A DNA stretch of 48,157 nucleotides. It comes from Burkholderiales bacterium. Its GTDB lineage: Bacteria; Pseudomonadota; Gammaproteobacteria; Burkholderiales; SG8-41. Below the pieces are notes generated by a model. It was not told the origin of the DNA. It did no database searches and saw only the letters and a program-made list of their open reading frames with translations. The translations under genes and the position numbers were made by a program. The DNA lies in assembly GCA_036003485.1 (NCBI GenBank), contig DASYSI010000078.1, forward strand, positions 1 through 48,157, given 5' to 3'. Positions 44,146-48,157 of this stretch are shown piece by piece (the stretch's first letter is position 1; the number at the start of each line of letters is the position of its first letter).

Positions 44146-45810
44146 ATGGCCGAAAAAACCGCCGCCGTATCGCAGCCGCGCGATTATGAGCTGATCGTCG
44201 AGAAGGACGTGAAGATCCCGCTGCGCGACGGGACGTTCCTCTACGGCGACATCTACCGGCCCGACGGCAAAGACGAACGTTTCCCCGTCATTATCAACAC
44301 CGGCCCGTACCAGAAAGACAAGGTATGGGTGCCGCCCGAGGGTGTAGAGGAAGAGCCCAATCCTTATATGAACTGGGAAACCGCCAACCCGCTGTGGTGG
44401 TGTCCGCGCGGCTATGCGCTGCTGCGCGTCGACAGCCGCGGCGCGGGAAAATCGCCGGGGCAATCGGAGCCAAGCTCGTACCAGGAAGCGGTCGATACCT
44501 ACGACTGCATCGAGTGGGTTGCGCGCCTGCCGTGGTGCAGCGGCAGCGTCGGCGCGCTCGGTATTTCATATCACGCGAATTTTCAATGGCGCGTGGCCGG
44601 ACTGCAGCCGCCGTCGTTAAAGGCAATCGTTCCGTGGGAAGGCCGCGCCGATCTGTATCGCGACCAGGCTTATCATGGCGGAATCTTCGCGATGGGCTTT
44701 ATCGCGAACTGGCATAACGCACAAACCGCTCACCACCTACTCGGCAGACCGCGCAGCTACAACCCCGATGCATTCCACAACGATCTGTTGTGGCAATACA
44801 TGAGCCACGATCTCGATTCAGAGTTCTGGCGCATGTGCAGCGCGCGCTGGGACAAGATCACGGTGCCGATGTACAGCGTCGGCAATTGGGGCGGGTTCTC
44901 GCTGCATCTGCGCGGCAACACCGAAGGCTATATGTGCGCAGCTTCCAAACACAAAAAACTGCGCATCCACAGCGGTTCGCACTTCCATCCGTTTCACTCC
45001 AACGAAGGGCGCCTCGATCAGTTGCGCTTCTTGGATTACTGGCTCAAGGATATCGACACCGGAATCATGGACGAGCCGCCGGTCAAGCTCGAAATCCGCA
45101 CCGGCGGCAGCACCAAGCCGTATCCGTTCCGCTTCGAGGACGAATGGCCGATCGCGCGCACGCAGTGGACCAAGCTGTATCTCAAGATCGAGCGCGAACC
45201 ATTGGGCAACGACGCAGCTTCCGAGGGCGAACTCACGCGCGCGAACCCTCCCAACACGGGCAAGCTCAACTACCCGGCGAGCAGCGGCCACGCGCAATCA
45301 GCGCGCAGCGGCGTATCTTTCGAAACCGCGCCGATGGCGAAGGATATGGAAGTGACGGGACCGCTCGTGCTTAACCTGTGGGTCTCGAGCACGAGTGAGG
45401 ACATGGACATCTTCGCCACCATTCGCAACATCGGACCTGACGGGAAAGACCTCTGCGAAGTCGGCCAGCGCGGCGACCCCGTCGCATGCGTGACCAAAGG
45501 CTGGCTGCGCGCGTCGCACCGCAAACTCGATCCCGAACGCTCGCTGCCATACCGCCCTTACCACGCTCACAATGAACGGCAGTGGCTGAAGCCCGGCGAG
45601 ATCGTCGAATGCCGCGTCGAAATCTGGCCGACCAGCATGGTATTCAAGCAAGGACATAAGCTTCGCCTCGACATTACACCGCGCGACGGCGTGGGCACGG
45701 CACACTTCACGCACTATCAGGCCGATTACAACGCCGGCGCCGACAACGCGATATACGCCGGAGGCGACAAAGCTTCGTATCTGTTGCTGCCGATTATTCC
45801 GCCCAAGTAG
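44146..45810 (+). CDS. CocE/NonD-family (S15) serine hydrolase, paralogue of the preceding gene
   Basis: ORF 44068..45810 trimmed to ATG 44146 (GGAG at 44131-44134). Contains LRVDSRGAGKSPG, ALGISYHAN and WLRASHRKLD..LPYRPYHAHN. Confidence 0.9.
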   Translation: MAEKTAAVSQPRDYELIVEKDVKIPLRDGTFLYGDIYRPDGKDERFPVIINTGPYQKDKVWVPPEGVEEEPNPYMNWETANPLWWCPRGYALLRVDSRGAGKSPGQSEPSSYQEAVDTYDCIEWVARLPWCSGSVGALGISYHANFQWRVAGLQPPSLKAIVPWEGRADLYRDQAYHGGIFAMGFIANWHNAQTAHHLLGRPRSYNPDAFHNDLLWQYMSHDLDSEFWRMCSARWDKITVPMYSVGNWGGFSLHLRGNTEGYMCAASKHKKLRIHSGSHFHPFHSNEGRLDQLRFLDYWLKDIDTGIMDEPPVKLEIRTGGSTKPYPFRFEDEWPIARTQWTKLYLKIEREPLGNDAASEGELTRANPPNTGKLNYPASSGHAQSARSGVSFETAPMAKDMEVTGPLVLNLWVSSTSEDMDIFATIRNIGPDGKDLCEVGQRGDPVACVTKGWLRASHRKLDPERSLPYRPYHAHNERQWLKPGEIVECRVEIWPTSMVFKQGHKLRLDITPRDGVGTAHFTHYQADYNAGADNAIYAGGDKASYLLLPIIPPK

Positions 45811-45845
45811 CACCCTCATTTTGAAGGCGTGTCTTTAATAGAATC

Positions 45846-47030
45846 ATGACCCAAAAGAAAAAACTCAAACGCGACACCGTCACTACGCGTACCGGACGCG
45901 ATTCACAACGCTATGCGGGTCTCGTCAACACGCCGGTTTTTCGCGGGTCGACCGTGTTATTCCCCGATTGCCGCTCGTACGAGGCGCGCGATCCCGACAA
46001 CTTCAAGGCGATGCGTTACGGGACGCACGGTACGCCGACGACGTTCGCGCTCGAGGAAGCAGTGGCCGAGCTCGAGGGCGGTCACGCCGCGGTTGCGCTG
46101 CCGTCCGGGATCGCCGCCATCGTCGTCGCGCTCGCCGCATTCGTAAAAACGGGCGATCACATCCTCGTCGTCGATTCGGTCTACGGACCGACGCGCAACT
46201 TCTGCGACAGGCGGCTGAAGCCTTTCGGCGTCGAGGTCGAATACTACGACCCGCTGATCGCGCGCGGCATCGCCGCGTTGATCCGGCCGAACACAACCGT
46301 CGTGTTCTGCGAAGCGCCGGGATCGCTGACCTTCGAGATGCAGGACATTCCCGCAATCGCCGCGGCCGCGCACGCCAAGGGCATTCCGGTGCTCGCCGAC
46401 AATACATGGGGCACACCGTATTTTTTCAATTCGTTTCAGCACGGCGTCGACGTCTCGATACACGCAGCGACCAAGTACATCGCGGGTCATTCGGACGCGC
46501 TGGTTGGGGTCATCGTTACCAACGAGCAATACTGGCTCAAGGTGCGCAGGACCGTCGCCGATTACGGCTACTGCGTCAGCCCCGACGACTGCTATCTCGC
46601 GCTGCGCGGCCTGCGCACGATCGGCGTGCGCATGAAGCACCAGCAGCAAAGCGCGCTCAAGGTTGCGCACTGGCTGCAGTCACGTCCGCAAGTCATGCGC
46701 GTGTTGTATCCCGCGCTCGAGAGCGATCCGGGGCACGCGCTGTGGAAGCGCGATTTCACGGGCGGGGCGTCGCTGTTCGGCGTCGTATTGCGCCCGGTGC
46801 CGTGGGAAGCGGTCGGAACCATGATCGACGCGCTCGAACTCTTTGGCATCGGCTCGAGCTGGGGCGGCTATGAGAGCCTTGCGATCCGCGTCGATGTGAG
46901 CAAAGGCCGCACCGCGACGAAATGGAATCCCGGCGGGCCGCTCATCCGGCTGCACATCGGACTCGAAGACCCGGACGACCTGATCGCCGATCTCGAGCGC
47001 GCGTTCGCGCGCCTGGAGCAGGCAGCATGA
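45846..47030 (+). CDS. metC: cystathionine beta-lyase-like PLP-dependent C-S lyase
   Basis: 394 aa with LVNTPVFRGSTVLF and the PLP-lysine context HAATKYIAGHSD of the Cys/Met-metabolism PLP family (MetC-type). Confidence 0.8.
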   Translation: MTQKKKLKRDTVTTRTGRDSQRYAGLVNTPVFRGSTVLFPDCRSYEARDPDNFKAMRYGTHGTPTTFALEEAVAELEGGHAAVALPSGIAAIVVALAAFVKTGDHILVVDSVYGPTRNFCDRRLKPFGVEVEYYDPLIARGIAALIRPNTTVVFCEAPGSLTFEMQDIPAIAAAAHAKGIPVLADNTWGTPYFFNSFQHGVDVSIHAATKYIAGHSDALVGVIVTNEQYWLKVRRTVADYGYCVSPDDCYLALRGLRTIGVRMKHQQQSALKVAHWLQSRPQVMRVLYPALESDPGHALWKRDFTGGASLFGVVLRPVPWEAVGTMIDALELFGIGSSWGGYESLAIRVDVSKGRTATKWNPGGPLIRLHIGLEDPDDLIADLERAFARLEQAA

Positions 47031-47557
47031 ATGCGCCGGACGCGAAACAATCGGAACAAGCGCGCTTCGGATTACTGATCGTTGCGCTGCTGATCTCAGG
47101 CGCGGCGCTGTTGCGCGAAGGCCCACATTTCGACAACGTGCTCGAAGGCTGGCAATTTTTTACCATCACGTTCTTTGCGGGCGCGCTCGTCGGCTATTTG
47201 GGGTGGACACGCGCGTTCGGTTTCACGCCGATGTTCAGGTTCGGAGGCGCCAACCGCCATCCGTGGATGGCAGCGCTGGCGCTTGGACTCGCGTCCGCAA
47301 CCGCCGCCTCCTATTTCAACCGGAGCCTGGCCTCACCCGCCTATCGTTCGTTCACGGCTGCGATCGACTCGGTCAAGGAAGGCAAGGGAGACCGCTGGCA
47401 TCTCACGGCGCAATTGCCGAATGGCCAAACTCAGCGCTATCTGGTTACACGCGACGTCGCGGCGGCACTGAAAAACGAGCAGTCCGTGCGCCTGAGCGTC
47501 GCGCGCGGCGCACTGGGTTTCGACTATATTGCGCGATTTGAGCCGGTAAACCGATGA
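47027..47557 (+). CDS. hypothetical membrane protein (3 helices + C-terminal soluble domain)
   Basis: ORF 46922..47557 trimmed to ATG 47027, which overlaps the metC stop as ATGA. MNAPDAKQSEQARFGLLIVALLISGAALL. Confidence 0.55.
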   Translation: MNAPDAKQSEQARFGLLIVALLISGAALLREGPHFDNVLEGWQFFTITFFAGALVGYLGWTRAFGFTPMFRFGGANRHPWMAALALGLASATAASYFNRSLASPAYRSFTAAIDSVKEGKGDRWHLTAQLPNGQTQRYLVTRDVAAALKNEQSVRLSVARGALGFDYIARFEPVNR

Positions 47558-48000
47558 GCGTTGCGCTTCGGATGCGCGGTGCCACGCGCAACTGCATCGG
47601 CTGTCTCGATACGATGAGATCCCGCATCTGCACGCTGTTGAGGCTGCTAGCCGGATTTGTCCTCGCCATCGCGGCGCTCAATGCGCTAGCCGCCGGTGCG
47701 CCGGAAAAAACTTTCAACATGAATATCGTCCACGGCGCTCTGGCTGCGGATGAGCGGGTGCTGCGCGTCGACAAAGGCGACGCGGTACGCGTGCGCGTGA
47801 CGAGCGACACTCCGGGCGAGCTTCATCTGCACGGCTATAGACTTGAAGCGAAGCTCACGCCGGGTGCGCGCACCGAACTCGCTTTCATCGCATACGCCAC
47901 TGGCCGCTACCCGTTCGAGTGGCATAGCGCGGATCGCGGCGGTCAAACCGGATCACATCACGGTCCGGCATTTGCCGCGCTTGAAGTGCGTCCGAAGTGA
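47554..48000 (+). CDS. exported cupredoxin-like small protein
   Basis: Its ATG overlaps the previous stop (ATGA). The likely signal peptide starts at the alternative ATG 47614 (MRSRICTLLRLLAGFVLAIAALNALAAG). The mature ~100 aa is a beta-rich domain with GELHLHGY. Confidence 0.55.
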   Translation: MSVALRMRGATRNCIGCLDTMRSRICTLLRLLAGFVLAIAALNALAAGAPEKTFNMNIVHGALAADERVLRVDKGDAVRVRVTSDTPGELHLHGYRLEAKLTPGARTELAFIAYATGRYPFEWHSADRGGQTGSHHGPAFAALEVRPK

Positions 48001-48157
48001 GTGCTATTCGCCGGCGGCGCGCGCGTTGTGCAGCCGCGGCAGTGTGCCTGCCGGCGACGGCATGGCCGCATGCTTTCGACGACCGCTACGATCTGCCGGC
48101 GCCGCTGTCGTACTTTGTGGCCGGCGCGGCAGCCGCGGTCGCGTTGTCTTTTGTCGT
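47997..48157 (+). CDS. hypothetical exported/membrane protein, partial (continues beyond window)
   Basis: GTG 47997 overlaps stop 47998-48000 (GTGA). My own translation is VSAIRRRRARCAAAAVCLPATAWPHAFDDRYDLPAPLSYFVAGAAAAVALSFVV, open to the window end. Confidence 0.45.
   Translation, partial: MSAIRRRRARCAAAAVCLPATAWPHAFDDRYDLPAPLSYFVAGAAAAVALSFV

Noticed and set aside
45968-46873. 301-aa plus-strand ORF and the 237-aa minus-strand ORF (45957..46670) overlapping the metC-like gene
   Set aside because: These are alternative frames of a CDS that has a clear PLP-lysine motif, and their translations are Arg-rich nonsense.
1-48157. Search by eye for CRISPR arrays, tRNA/rRNA genes, and toxin-antitoxin or known defence-system genes
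   Set aside because: I saw no regularly spaced direct repeats, no cloverleaf-like or rRNA-like segments, and no nuclease, ATPase, methylase or reverse-transcriptase type ORFs. This was not an exhaustive computational scan.

Overview
This is a high-GC proteobacterial chromosome segment. Hand counts of single 60-nt lines gave about 72% GC in core genes and 40-47% in one island. It most resembles a Burkholderiales-type betaproteobacterium, because it holds nine Bug/TctC-family periplasmic solute receptors in 48 kb and no TctA/TctB membrane partner. I support about 50 protein-coding genes and recognised no rRNA, tRNA or CRISPR array by eye. Most of the content is accessory catabolism, organised as small enzyme modules that each sit beside a Bug receptor. 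Module (i) is a LeuCD-like aconitase-family hydratase, an ICL/PEP-mutase-superfamily C-C lyase and a HAD hydrolase. Module (ii) is an ADP-forming acyl-CoA synthetase, an acyl-CoA dehydrogenase and an SDR. Module (iii) is a Gfo/Idh/MocA oxidoreductase, a signal-less Bug paralogue, two unknown proteins and a class II aldolase. Module (iv) is a crotonase, a CaiB-type CoA-transferase and an epimerase-like VOC protein. It lies divergent from module (v), which is a Bug receptor, three serine hydrolases (one FrsA-like, two tandem CocE/NonD) and a MetC-like PLP lyase. Also present are a MarR gene divergent from a translationally coupled MATE-MaoC-MFS operon with overlapping promoters, Dps, and a cNMP-domain flavoprotein without a CxxC motif next to a cytoplasmic DsbA-like protein. 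Two gene relics and three coupled envelope proteins at the right edge complete the coding content. A lower-GC island of about 4.2 kb (24.4-28.6 kb) carries unknown membrane proteins, a resolvase relic, a 5'-truncated IS1182-type transposase and short repeats. The most unusual non-coding feature is a 376-bp element at 35949-36324, bounded by perfect 22-bp inverted repeats and containing nested long stems. It sits between two Bug genes and overlaps the downstream start codon. All family calls come from motif recognition and memory, not from database searches.
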